Assembly (NCBI RefSeq): GCF_009914755.1
Contig: NC_060932.1
Source of the DNA: the human T2T-CHM13v2.0 reference genome, Homo sapiens
Direction: 5' to 3' (one strand)
Length of the DNA: 64,000 nucleotides
In this document: positions 12,068 through 24,404 of the stretch, one piece after another
How the letters are laid out: every line of letters begins with the position of its first letter
Numbering within the stretch: the first letter of the stretch is position 1
Program-made: the position numbers and the translations under genes
The notes under the pieces: model-generated
The model's input: the letters and a program-made list of their open reading frames with translations, nothing else
Databases searched by the model: none
Told to the model about the DNA's origin: nothing

Positions 12068-15000
12068 TTTTTTTTTTTTAAACTTTAAGCTAGGGATACA
12101 TGTGCAGAACATGCAGGTTTGTTACACGGGTATACGTGTGCCATGGTGGTTTGCTGCACCTATCAACCTGTCATCTAGATTTTAAGCCCTGCATGCATTA
12201 CCTATTTGTCCTAATGCTCTCCCTCCCTTCTCCTTCCCCCCTCCCACCAACTGACAGGCCCCAGTGTGTGTTGTTCACCTCCCTGTGGCCATGTGTTTTC
12301 ATTGTTCAATTCCCACTTATGAGTGAGAACATGTGGTGTTTGATTTTCTGTTCCTATGCTAGTTTGCTGAGGATGATAGCTTCCAGCTTCATCCATGTCC
12401 CTGCAAAGGACATGATCTCATTCCTTTTTTGTGGCTGCATAGTATTCCGTGGTATATATACCACATTTTCTTTATCCACTCTATCACCGATGGGCATTTG
12501 AGTTGGTTCCATATCTTTTCTATTGTGAATAGTGCTGCAATAAACATATGTGTACATGCATCTTTATAATAGAATGATTTATATTCCTTTGGGTATATAT
12601 TCAGTAATGGGATTGCTGGGTCAAATGGTATTTCTGGTTCCAGATCCTTGAGGAATCACCACACTGTCTTCCACAATGGTTGAACTAATTTACATTCCCA
12701 CCAACAATGTAAAAGCATTCCTATTTCTCCACTGCCTCACCAGCATCTGTTGTTTCTCGACTTTTTAATAATCACCATTCTGACTGACGTGAGATGGTAT
12801 CTCATTGTGGTTTTGATTTGCATTTCTGTAATGATCAGTGATATTGAGTTTTTTTCATGTTTTTTGGCCGCATAAATGTCTTCTTTTGAGAAGTGTTTGT
12901 TTATGTCCTTTGCCCACTTTTTGATGGGATCATTGTTTGTTTGTTTTTTTTTCTTGTAAAGTTGTTTAAGTCCTTGTAAATTCTGAATATTAGACCTTTG
13001 TCAGATGGATAGATTGCAAAAATGTTCTCCCATTCTGTAGGTTGCTTGTTCATTCTGATGATAGTTTCTTTTTCTGTGCAGAAACTCTTAAGTTTAATTA
13101 GATCCCATTTGTCAATTTTAGCTTCTGTTGCAATTGCTTTTAGCGATTTCATCATAAAATCTTTGCCTATGCTTCTGTCTTCAATGGCACTGTCTAGCTT
13201 TTCTGCTAGGGTTTTTATGGTTTGGGGCTTTATATTTAAGTCTTTAATCCATCTTGAGTTAATTTTTGTATAAGGTGTAAGGAAGGGGTCCAGTTTCGGT
13301 TTTCTGCATATGGCTAGCCAGTTTTCCCAGCACCGTTTGTTAAATAGGGAATCCTTTCCCCATTTTGCTTGTTTTTGTCAGGTTTGTTGAAGATCAGAGG
13401 GTTGTAGATATGTGGTCTTATATCTGAGGTCTATATTCTGTTGCATTGGTCTATGTGCCTGTTTTGGTACCAGTACCCTGCTGTTTTGGTTACTGTAGCC
13501 TTGTAGCATAGTTTGAAGTTGGGTAGCATGATGACTCCAGTTTTGTTCTTTTTGCTTAGGATTGTCTTGGCTATGTGGGCTCTTTTTTGGTTTTATATTA
13601 ATTTTAAAGTGGTTTTTTCCAATTCTGTGAAGAATGCCAATAGTAGCTTGATTGGAATAGCATCGAATCTATAAATTATTTTGGGCATTTTCACAATATT
13701 GATTCTTTCTATCCATGAGGATGGAATGTTTTTCCATTTGTTTGTGTCCTCTCTTATTTCCTTGAGCATTGGTTTGTAGTTCTCCTTGAAGAGGTCCTTC
13801 ACATCCCTTGTTAGCTGTATTCCTAGGTATTTTATTCTCTTTGTGCAATTGTGAATGGGAGTTCATTCACGATTTGGCTCTCTGTTTGTCTATTATTGGT
13901 GCATAGGAATGCTTGTAATTTTTGCACATCGATTTTGTATCCCGAGACTTTGCTGAAGTTGCCTATCAGCTTAAGAAACTTTGCGGCTAAGATGATGGAG
14001 TTTCTAAATATAGTATCATGTCATCTGCAGACAGAGGCATTTTGACTTAATCTCTTCCTATCTGAATACACTTTATTTCTTTCTCATGCCTGGTTGCCAG
14101 AACTTCCAACATTACGTTGAATAGGAGTCATGAGAGAGAGCACCCTTTTCTTGTGCTGGTTTTCAAAGGGGATGCTTCCAGCTTGTGCCCATTCAGTATG
14201 ATATTGGCTGTGGGTTTGTCATAAATAGCTATTATTATTTTGAGATATGTTCCATCAACATGTAGTTTGAGTTTTTAACGTGAAGGGATGTTGAATTTTG
14301 TCAAAGGCCTTTTCTGAATCTATTGAGATAATCAAGTGTTTTTTGTCACTGGTTTTGCTTATGTGATGGATTACATTTATTGATTTGTGAATGCTGAACC
14401 AGCCTTGCATCCCAGGGATGAAGCCGACCTGATGGTCATGGATAAGCTTTTTGATGAGCTGCTGGCATGAGATGGTATCTCATTGTGGTTTTAATTTGCA
14501 TTTCTGTAATGATGTGCTGAACTGGGTCCAGTTTGCCAGTATTTTATTGAGGATTTTCTCACTGATGGTCATCAGAGATATTGGCCTGAAGTTTTCTTTT
14601 TTTGTTGTGTCTCTGCCAGGTTTTGTTATCAAGTTGATGCTAGCCTCATAAAATAAGTTAGGGAGGAGTTCCTCCTTTGCAATTGTTTGGAATCATTTCT
14701 GAAGGAATGGCACCAGCTCCTTTTTGGACCTTTGGTAGAATTTGGCCGTGAATCCATCTGGTCCTGGGATTTTTTCATTGGTAGGCTATTTATTACAGCC
14801 TCAATTTAGGAACTCGTTATTGGTCTATTCAGGGATTCGACTTCTTCCTGGTCTTGGGAGGGTGTATGTGTCCAGGAATTTACCCATTTCTTCCAGATTT
14901 TCTAGTTTATTTGTATAGAGGTGTTTATAGTATTCTCTGATGGTAGTTTGTATTTCTATAAGGTCAGTGGTGATATCCCCTTTATCATTTTTTATAGCAT

Positions 15001-18000
15001 CTATTTGATTCTTCTCTCTTTTCTTCTTTATTACTCTAGCAAGTGATCTATTTTATTAATTTTTTCAAAAAAACTGCTCCGGGATTCATTGATTTTTTGA
15101 AGGATTTTCGTGTCTCTATATCCTTCAGTTTCACTCTGATCTTAGTTATTTCTTGTCTTCTGCTAGCTTTTGGATTGGTTTGCTCTTGCTTCTCTGGTTA
15201 CTTTAATTGGATTTTAGGGTGTCAATTTGAGATCTTTCTAGCTTTCTGATGTAGGCATTTAGTGCTATAAATTTTGCTCTTAACACCACTTTAGCTGCAT
15301 CCCAGAGATTCTGATATGTTGCCTCTTTGTTCTCATTGGTTTCAGAGAACTTCTTGATTTCCACCTTAATTTCATTATTTACCCAGGAGTCATTCAGGAA
15401 CAGGTTGCTTAATTTCCATGTAGTGGTGTTGTTCTGAGTGAGTTTCTTAATACTGAATTCTAATTTGATTGCCCGGTGGTCTGAGAGACTGTTATGATTT
15501 CAGTTCTTTTTCATTTGCTGAGGAGTGTTTTACTTCCAATTAGGTGGTCGATTTTAGAGTAAGTGCCATGTGGCACTGAGAAGAATGTATATTCTGTTGT
15601 TTTGCAGTGGAGAGTTCTGTAGATATCTATTAGGTCCACTTGATCCAGTGCTGAGTTCAAGTCCTGAATATCCTTGTTAATTTTCTGTCTCATTGATCTG
15701 TCTAATATTGACAGTGGGGTGTTAATGTCTCCCACTATTATTGTGTGGGAGTCTAAGTCTCTTTGTAGGTCTCTAAGAATTTGTTTTATAAATCTGAATG
15801 CTCCTGTATTGGGTGCATATATATTTAGGATAGGTAGCTCTTCCTGTTGCATTGATCCCTTTACCATTATGTAATGCCCTTCTTTGTCTTTTTTTATTTT
15901 TGTTGGTTTATAATCCGTTTTGTCAGAGATGAGGATTGCAAACCCTGCTTTTTTCTGCTTTCCATTTGCTTGGTACATTTTTCTCCATCCCTTTATTTTG
16001 AGTCTATGTGTGTCTTTGCACATGAGATGGGTCTCTTGAATACAGCACACTGATGGGTCTCTTGAATACAGCACACTGATGGGTCTGGATTCTATCCAAT
16101 TTGCCAGTCTGTGTCTTTTAATTGGGGAATTTAACCCACTTACATTTAAGGTTAATATTGTTATGTGTGAATTTGATCCTGTCATCATGATGCTAGCTGG
16201 TTATTTTGCACACTAATTGATGCCATTTCTTCATAGTGTCATTGTTCTTTATATTTTCATGTGTTTTGTAGTGGTTGGTACTGGTTTTTCCTTTGCACAT
16301 TTAGTGCTTCCTTCAGGAGCTCTTGCAAGGCAGGCCTGGTGGTGATGAATTCCCTCAGCATTTGCTTGTCTGAAAAGGATTTTATTTCTCCTTGGCTTAT
16401 GAAGGTTAGTTTGGCCGGATATAAATTCTGGGTTGAAAATTCTTTTCTTTAAGAATGTTGAATATTGGTCCCCACTCTCTTCTGGCTTGTAGGATTTCTG
16501 CTGAGAGATCTGCTATTAGTCTGATGCGCTTCCATTTGTAGGTGACCTGGCCTTTCTCTCTGGCTGCCCTTAACATTTTTTCCTTCATTTTGACCTTGGA
16601 GAATCTGATGATTATGTTTCTTGGGGGAGTATCTTAGTGGTGTTCTCTGGATTTCTTGAATTTGAATATTGGCTTATCTTGCTAGGTTGAGGAAGTTCTC
16701 CTGGATAATACCTTGAAGTATGTTTTCCAACTTGCTTCCATTCTCCCCATCTCTTTCAGGTGCTCCTATCAGTCATAGGTTTGGTCTTTTTACATAGTCC
16801 CATATTTCTCAGAGGTTTCATTCGTTTCCTTTCATTCTTTTTTCTCTAATCTTGTCTGCCTGCCTTATTTCAACAAGATGGTTTTCCATCTCTGATATTC
16901 TTTCTTATGCTTGATCGATTCAAGCAGCTATTGATACTTGTCTATGATTCATGAAGTTCTCATGCTGCTGCATTTTTCATCTCCATCAGGTTATTTATGT
17001 TCCTCTCTAAACTCATTATTCTAGTTAGCAGCTCCTATAACCTTTTATCAAGGTTCTTAGCTTGTTTGCATTGGGTTAGAACATGCTCCTTTACCTCAGC
17101 GAAGTTTGTTATTACCCGCCTTCTGAAGCCTACTTCTGTCAGTTTGTCCATCTCGTACTTCATCCAGTTCTGCACTCTTGCTGGAGAAGTGTTGTGATCA
17201 TTTGGAGGAGAAGAGGCATTCTGGCCTTTCGGGTTTTCAGCATTTGTTCGTTGTTTCTTTCTCATCTTCATGACTTTGTCTAGTTTCAATCTTCGAGGCT
17301 GCTTGCATGAGGTTTTTATGGCGACTTTTTTTGTTGATGTTGTTGTTGCTTTCTGTTTGTTTGTTCTTCTTTCAATAGGGAAGTCTCTCTTCTGTAGGGC
17401 TGCCACGGTTTGCTGGGGATTCACTTCAGGCCCTATTCATCTGGTTCACTCCCACACCTGGAGATGTCACTCAAGAAGGCTGGAGAACAGCAAAATGGGT
17501 GCCTGCTTCTTCCTCTGAGATCTCTGACCTTGAGGGGCGCTAAACTGATGCCAGTAAGAATGCTTCTGTATAGGATGTCTGACAGCCCCTGTTGGGGGGT
17601 CTCACCCAGTTGGGTGGCACAGGAAGCAAGATCCATTTAACAAAGCACTTTGGCTGTCCCCTGGTGGAGGGGGTGTGCTGCGTTGTGGGGAAACCTACGC
17701 ATCTGGGCTGCCCGGATTCCTCAGAGCTAGCAGGAGGAAAGACTAAGTCGGCTGGTCCGCTGAGCCCCTCCCGCTAGGGGCTCAGGCCCAAGGAGATCAG
17801 AGTTTTGTCCCTGAGTCCCTGGCTGGAGTTGGAGCTCCTGCAAAGAGGCCCTGCAGCCCCACTGTTGGCTGCCGCCCCTCCCCCAAGGAGTTCGGGATGG
17901 CTTAGACCACAGGCAGTGCAGCTGTGGTGTTGGGCGCCCCTCCATTCGGGGAACTAGGCAGGCTGAGGCCAATTCTAGCCCAGAGGCTGATGAGAATCTC

Positions 18001-18350
18001 TGCGGCTCTGTGGTTGAGACCCAAGGGCCCGATAACATGGGCTCCCACGTGGGATCTTCTGATCCGTGGGTTGCGCAGTTCCATGGAAAAAGCAGGGCTT
18101 CCCAGGCTGGGTAGCACGCTCACTCGCGGCCTCCTTTGGCTGAGGGCTCCCTTGCCCTGTGTGGCTCTCAGGTGGGCTGCAGCACCACACTGCTCTTCTT
18201 TCCTCTGGGGTCACACCAGCCACCTAGTCAGTCCTGGTGTTAGAAACTGGATACCTTGGTTGCCGGAGCAGGATTCACATACTGTTTTGGATCTTTTCCA
18301 TGGGAGCGTCTGACCACAGCTGCTTCTAGTCAGCCATCTTGGCCCTGCCC
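12068..18350 (-). mobile_element. Full-length (~6.3 kb) L1PA7/8-like LINE-1, ORFs disrupted
   Basis: Poly-T and 3'UTR at about 12070; ORF2 fragments (12354-13802), EN-domain ORF 15511-16188, ORF1 fragments (16406-17424); CpG-rich 5'UTR ending cagccatcttggccctgccc (reverse of gggcagggccaagatggctg). Confidence 0.95.
15511..16188 (-). pseudogene. L1 ORF2 APE-like endonuclease domain fragment (225 aa)
   Basis: MTGSNSHITILTLN...QETH...NIYAPN...GDIN...SKIDH; stops before the catalytic SDH. Confidence 0.9.
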
Positions 18351-18699
18351 CTCAGTCCTGAATTTTATACTCCTAACTCAACTTCCTTCTGCTCTCCTCT
18401 CCCCAAGACCTTTCCAGTAGCCCCTACTCCAAAGCAAATAAACACCAGTAAATCCATTGTCCAAAGTCTTCCGTCCCCTCCTTTTCTCCACTGAGTCCCA
18501 ACCCCCCTGATAATTCCCCAAACAGGCCTCTGCGTCATTCCTGTGTGTGCGCCAGTGCCCCACAAGCCTGCAGTGGGGGATGCCTGAGCCTTCTCTGTCA
18601 CTCTCTCTCTCGGGCTGAGACTCCTCCACCCTCAGTGAAAAGCCTTTTTTCTTTTGGGTTCCTGCTATTCACCTATACCACCTCCTCCCTCCACCCCAA

Positions 18700-19078
18700 T
18701 TTTTTTTTTTTTTTTTTAGATTGAAGGGGTGGCATGTGCAGGTTTCTTATGTGGGCATATGGAGGAATGCTGAGGTTTGGCCTTCTAATTATCCCATTGT
18801 GCCAGTAGGGAACATAGTACCTGACAGACAGTTTTTCAACCCTTGCCCCACTCCCTGCCTCCTCCTTTTAGAGTCCGCAGTGTCTACTGTTTCCATCTTT
18901 GTGTCCATGTATAGCCATTGTTTAGCTTGTAAGTAAGGATATGTGGTATTTGTTTTTCTGTTTCTACATTAATTTGCTTAGGATAATGGGATCCAGCTGT
19001 ATCCATGTTGCTGCAAAGGACATGATTTTATTCTTTTCTATGGCTGTGTAGTATTCCATTGAGTATATGTACCACCAA
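18700..19078 (-). mobile_element. 5'-truncated L1PA15/16-like 3' end
   Basis: Poly-T then catgtgcaggtttcttatgtggg...gctgaggtttgg...gttgctgcaaaggacatgatttt. Confidence 0.88.
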
Positions 19079-20054
19079 ATTTTCTTTACAAAGATTGAGA
19101 CATGAGCTCAGAACCTCTCTACACCTCAGCCCCTCCATCCTGCTGTACCTCATGTTGTGGGTATGCACGAGGCCAGCCGTCAGCAGGCTTCTCAGTACTC
19201 TAACCTAATTCCCAGCCCTTCCCTCTTCCTCCACTGCCACCCTCATGCTCATGAGACTCCTGAGAATTGTCAACACTTGAGACAATCCGCCTTTGAAACT
19301 GTAAATTGATTAGAAGTTCTGGCTGTGTGAACTTCATCTCCATTATTTCCACTGCACCTCCAGGATGCTGACCCCTTTCACTTAATCCAGTCTACGAATC
19401 CTCTGCCAGCTTCACCCCCTTGTTTGTCCAGCCACATCCTTATTTCAACCCCTCTGCTGTAGCTCCGCCGTCTCCCTCCTTCCTCATTCTTAGCTGCCTG
19501 CCTTCCTTCACCTGCTGAGACAGAGCCACCACAGGGACGTCCCTCGCCTCACCTGGCCCCGCAGCCCTGCCTGGGAGAGCTGTGCGCGTGCCCTATTTGC
19601 ACAGGATGCAGCCGGTTCATTTTTCTCTTGCCCAGTTATCCATCTGCATAGATTCTTTGTTGATGTACTGTTTTTAAGTTATATTTCTCTCATTTTTAGA
19701 AGTTTTGCTTATCTGCTTATCACTGTTGATTGTGTATGAAATTTGGTGTCTAATAGAAACAAGCTGAATTCTCTCTAAGTCAATTATCAATTCCAAGTGA
19801 GAAATGAAGAACATCTGGCAAGCTCAGGGTCCCAGAGTTTCAATTTAACACATTATCATGTTACAGTGTAGCCTTGGACAGGACAGCCACACTTTCTCCG
19901 GTTGACTCCACATGTGGAAAATTTAAGTTGGGGACAGAAATGGGGAGGGAGAGCAAGCAAAATGTGTTGCCAAGTTACATACAAATGTGAAGTTGCCAAG
20001 CTATCCAAAGCATTGCAGTTATTCTGCTGTTGTCGCCCATGGTCCTCTCTGTAG

Positions 20055-20118
20055 AATCTGAGGAAATGATTAACCTTGAGAACTCTGATAAACTTGCAAA
20101 AGATGAAGAAGCTCACAG
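20055..20118 (+). pseudogene. Candidate exon (SEEMINLENSDKLAKDEEAH), possibly extending to ~20259
   Basis: Acceptor ggtcctctctgtag|, open acidic helical frame, then cag|gtagta (weak donor, or in-frame TAG if read through). Confidence 0.35.
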
Positions 20119-20272
20119 GTAGTATATCAAGGCTACATGTATATTTGAAGATAAGTACCACCAGGACTACTGTAATAGAGCAATCAAAAGAAACACTGCA
20201 TCTGCAAAAAGAAAGAACTATCTGATGTGCTTCAAGGGCATTGAAAATATCCAGCTAAAGTATTTCACAAGA

Positions 20273-20273
<1 letters not shown>

Positions 20274-20310
<37 letters not shown>

Positions 20311-20354
20311 CCCCGCCTTTCCCTCTCCCTCTCCCATCTCTCTTTCTCTCTCTC
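20274..20354 (+). repeat. (CT)n / polypyrimidine tract
   Basis: About 17 TC units followed by CT-rich sequence. Confidence 0.95.
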
Positions 20355-21108
20355 TAGATTTTTCAGCCAGAAATCACATCTGTTTTGGGCAGAAGCCAGC
20401 ACTACACACAGTTTCTACACGATGGAATGTCCTTTACACTCCTGATGAAATGGGCGCAAAATTTGCTCTCAACGTAGGAGGTTGTGTTTCCTGAATCTAG
20501 AGGATGCCAATAGGAGGTATAATTCCCACATGGGTTAGTAAGCAGAAACCAGATTCTTGCATTTTCATGGCCATAGTCCCGGTGATGGGCCAGTCTGCCC
20601 ATGACCTTGCCCCCTCCAGCAGGGCTTGCTCCAGCTGCACTGCTTTCAGCTCTCAATTCTGTCTCTTTAGACAGTGAGTTCTTCTCACACTGTGGAAATG
20701 CCTCCCTTAGCCTATAAGACAGCAGACACCCATGGGTCATATGAATATGACCTCCTGAATCATTTGTAAATTATAGAAATGGACTTTCTCTAATTCAAAA
20801 GGAATTTAGCAAATGACATTGAGGTATTCAAAATATCTCTCAGGGCCTAGAAAGCCAGCAGCTGAGGTTACATAGCCAGGCAAAATTATGCCACAAACTT
20901 GCCCTAGGGAAACCTCCCCACTACCATCTCCAATTCCAGACTGTGGACACTGCTAGAAGCCCCTCCCTGAACCAGCTGTCCCCAAGAGTAGTCACCGCCC
21001 TTGCTGCCATCCTCATCAGTAAGGGGTCCCTGTAGCCCCTGCTTCTTTAGGACACCAGCTCCTAGGCCAAGGCTGCCCAGGTGCTTCTGATGAAGGGAAC
21101 TGGTTCAC

Positions 21109-21558
21109 TGTGATGGACAAGTTTGGTGTGAACCTGGCCAGGCTATAGTACCCATTTCAGTACCTGCTCAAACACCATCTATAACAGATGTTGCCTTGAA
21201 GGTATTTTTACATGTGATTAACATTTACATCAGTAGAGTTTGAGTCAAACAGATCACCCTTAATCACGTGGACAGGCCTCATCCAGCCAGTTGCATGCCT
21301 TCAAAGATGAAGGTTCCCCGAACAGGAAAGAATTCTGCCTCCAGACTGCAAAGTAAAAATTCTGCCTGAGTGTCCAGCCTTCATACTCAAGACAGCAACC
21401 TCAGCTCTTACATGAATCTACAGCCAGTGCAATCAGTTGAGCCAATTCCTTAAATTAAATCTCAGTCTCTCTCTCTCTCTGTCTGTCTTTCTCTTTCTCT
21501 CTCTCTCTCTCTGTATAAACTGTTGGTTCTGTTTCTCTAAAGAACCTTGACTAATATA
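21109..21558 (+). mobile_element. MLT2 (MLT2D-like) ERVL solo LTR with internal (CT)n
   Basis: tgtgatggacaagtttggtgtgaacctggccaggcta...gagccaattccttaaattaaatctc...ttggttctgtttctctaaagaaccttgactaata. Confidence 0.88.
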
Positions 21559-22120
21559 ATCGCTTACCTGTGCATAGCTGCAAGGAGGGTTGGCTTCCCT
21601 TATGTGAGGGAGTCAGCCTCTCACCAAGATTCTGAGGAGAGAAGTGTGCTAGCAGCCAGAGAGAATAGCAAATTGTACTACTTTTATTCTCATATATTTT
21701 TATATGAAAAAAGCTCAGTCTTTTACTTTGCAAGGTTTGCAGGTACTGCTTTTAACAAAGTTTCTAGAGTGACCAAAAATGAAGGATTGTCATCTTTCTC
21801 GAAGCACAGGTGTGCTTCGAGAAATCCCCATGAGGCTGCAGGACTGACTTGCACGGTGGGGAGCATGCACAGGCCAGTAAGCACATGCCGCGTTGGCCCA
21901 TTGCTCTTTACCAATCGCCAGACTCAGTGACCCTTGTGAAGGAAAATTTGGTTTCTTTATGAAATGACCTTCAAAAGAAAACCAGCTTTTAGGCTGTTGA
22001 TGGGAAAGATGAGGTTTGGTAACTAGATAATTCACAGTTTACAGAAAATTGAAGCTTTAAATAAACTAAAAAATAGGATTTTGGCATTGACCATGACTTA
22101 TGGTTCTCCCCTAAACATAG

Positions 22121-22240
22121 TCACCACATACTCTAGAAAGACAAGAAAATAGAATTATTGAACTGGATGAAGAAATCCTCAAGCCAAGGAAAAACCTGCT
22201 TATCAAATGAAAGATTAAAACATCAGAGAAACTTGAAAAG
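22121..22240 (+). pseudogene. Candidate coiled-coil exon with in-frame stop
   Basis: ttctcccctaaacatag| then SPHTLERQENRIIELDEEILKPRKNLLIK*KIKTSEKLEK; 120 nt; TGA at 22208; weak donor aag|gtcatc. Confidence 0.35.
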
Positions 22241-22394
22241 GTCATCAGTTGGTGATGTAAGGGAACATGTGACTCCCAACCAAAGTGTGATTCTGACAAA
22301 AGTCAACCATTTGTTATGAAATGTGGGATGGACAAGTGTTCCAGTGCATTATAATCAGAGCTATACAACAGACATAGTGCTATGGGCTTCACTT

Positions 22395-22600
22395 GGATTT
22401 GCCCACATAAGCCTCCCAACAGACATGGGGCAAATATTACTGTCATCATCATCATCATCGTCATCATCATCATCATCATCATCATTTCTGATAAGGGATC
22501 TGAGGCTCAGAGAAATTAAGTCAATTTCCTAAGATCACTAAGCTAATCAATGGTAGAGCCTAGATTTAAACTCAGCCAGTCTACACTCTGACCACCACAT
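22395..22600 (-). mobile_element. MIR carrying a (CAT)n expansion
   Basis: ctgaggctcagagaaattaagtcaatttcctaagatcac...ggtagagcctagatttaaactcag; (CAT)n at 22443-22485. Confidence 0.85.
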
Positions 22601-22738
22601 TGTACAATCTCTCAAAGTATCTCTGGAGAATGTCTATTGCAGCCAGCTTTCTGGCTCATTTTGTGTGTTTGTTTGTCTCATTAAATGTAATTGTGTAATG
22701 ACTACTATCTAAGTCAACTTTGGTGTCAACTATTTAAG

Positions 22739-22781
22739 TTTTGATCCCAAGTTATCTGAAGTTTATGCAACACTTCTCAAG
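22739..22781 (+). pseudogene. Candidate small exon (FDPKLSEVYATLLK)
   Basis: Open protein-like frame ending at good donor aag|gtatgc; acceptor position uncertain (22714 or 22739). Confidence 0.25.
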
Positions 22782-23078
22782 GTATGCAAAAATGACACTT
22801 CACAACTGTGAATGCATCTTGACACTCTGAAATCAAAGATGTCTGCCATCATAGGTATGTCCTTATACAGATATGTGTAGCTACGCCTCCACTACATGGA
22901 TAGATAGGTAGAAAGGTAGGAAAGTAGGTGTAGGTAGATAAGTAACCTCCCAACATTATTTTTAAAACTCCATCCAGGTTAGAATGTGACCTTTATCTAT
23001 GGAAAAACTTTATCTTTGTCCTGAGAGGGACCATTTTTATAAGCAATTTTGCCTATACAGGTATAAACTTGTCTCTAA

Positions 23079-23381
23079 CTTTGTTTTGTTTTGTTTTTTG
23101 GAGAGGGGATCTCACTCTGTCATCCAGACTGGAGCACAGTGGCATGATGACGGCTTACTGCAGCCTCGACTTCCCAAGCCCAAGTGATCCTCTTGTCTCA
23201 ACCTCCTAGGTAGCTGGGACTACAGGCTCACTCCACCACACCTGGCTACTTTTTAATTTTTTGTAGATATGGGGTCTCATTATGTTACCCAGGCTAGTCT
23301 CAAACTCCTAAGCTCCAAAAATCCTCCTGCCTTTACCTCCCAAAATGCTGGGATTACAGGCGTGAGCCACCATGGCTGGCC
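23079..23381 (-). mobile_element. AluJ
   Basis: Full dimer; degenerate TSD ttgtctctaacttt / ttgtcttgaacttt. Confidence 0.9.
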
Positions 23382-24060
23382 TTGTCTTGAACTTTGGTGA
23401 AATTATCCAAATGCAGATGCTTCTATATTCACTTCATTATGATTAAATACAGGAAAAGTTCCCTCTATTATGGGTGGAATGTGTCTCTATAGGGATAATT
23501 ATGAGGTAAGGGATTTGTGGTTCTCAAATTTGGGGTTCCCACTAACAGGCTTGCAATCATAAAATTTGGGGTCCTAGTGTTCTGTGGAGAGGAAAGACAT
23601 GAATCAGGAGCCACACAGCCCATCCCTGCCACCCCCTAACTGCCCTGTCCCCCAGGAGATGCAAGTCAGTAACATAACAGGAAGATAGTGAGGAAAAGGG
23701 GAACTTGGTAGGCAAAGACTCTGCAGGGTGCAGGCAATGCCTATGAGGCTAGCGAGGTGTAAGCTGTTTCCTGTTCTGGATTCTAATTCTGCTCTCACCT
23801 CCTGGCCTCCACACCAGCTTTGTGTTCATTTGCTCTGTTTTGTGAGGTATGGGGATAGAGTTGTTTCAACATTTGAGTTGAGGATGAAATTCACAATACC
23901 AAGCAAAGTCAGTGACATTGTGCATGGCCAGAGATGGCAAATAGCAGAAGCCACTCGAAGCAAGAGGAAACAAGCAAAAACCAGGGTTGGTGGGGGTAGG
24001 GGGGAGGCAGACTAAGAAGAAACCAGGATCTTCAGAGGCACCCTTAGGGTCTCAAACTCT

Positions 24061-24404
24061 AAGACAAGATCTCACTCTGTTGCCCAGACTGGAGTGCAGT
24101 GGCTGTATTGTACCTCACTGCAGCCTTGAACTCCTGGGCTCAAGGGATCCTCCTGCCTCAACCTCTTGAGCAGCTGGGACCACAGGCACCCACCACCATT
24201 CCCTGGCTTATTTTTTTATTTTTAATTTTTTGTGGAGACGGAGTCTCCCTATGTCGACCAGGCTGGTCTCAAACTCCTGGCCTCAAGGGATCCTCCCACC
24301 TTAGCCTCCTGAGTAGCTGGGATTACAGGCATGAGCCACCATGCCTGGCTAATCTTTCTAATTTGTTTTATAGAGACAGGGTCTCATTATGTTGCCCAGG
24401 CTGG
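24061..24404 (-). mobile_element. Chimeric three-arm AluJ/FLAM composite
   Basis: Right arm, linker, a monomer ending cctcctgagtagctgggattacaggc, a second linker, then a partial left arm ending gttgcccaggctgg; no poly-T. Confidence 0.85.

Noticed and set aside
21762-21829. Possible extra exon (VSRVTKNEGLSSFSKH, cag|gtgtgc)
   Set aside because: Weak acceptor, unconvincing peptide, and phase does not join the neighbours; worth rechecking only if the pseudogene is confirmed.
22303-22532. Poly-Met and poly-Ser ORFs
   Set aside because: Artefacts of the (CAT)n repeat.
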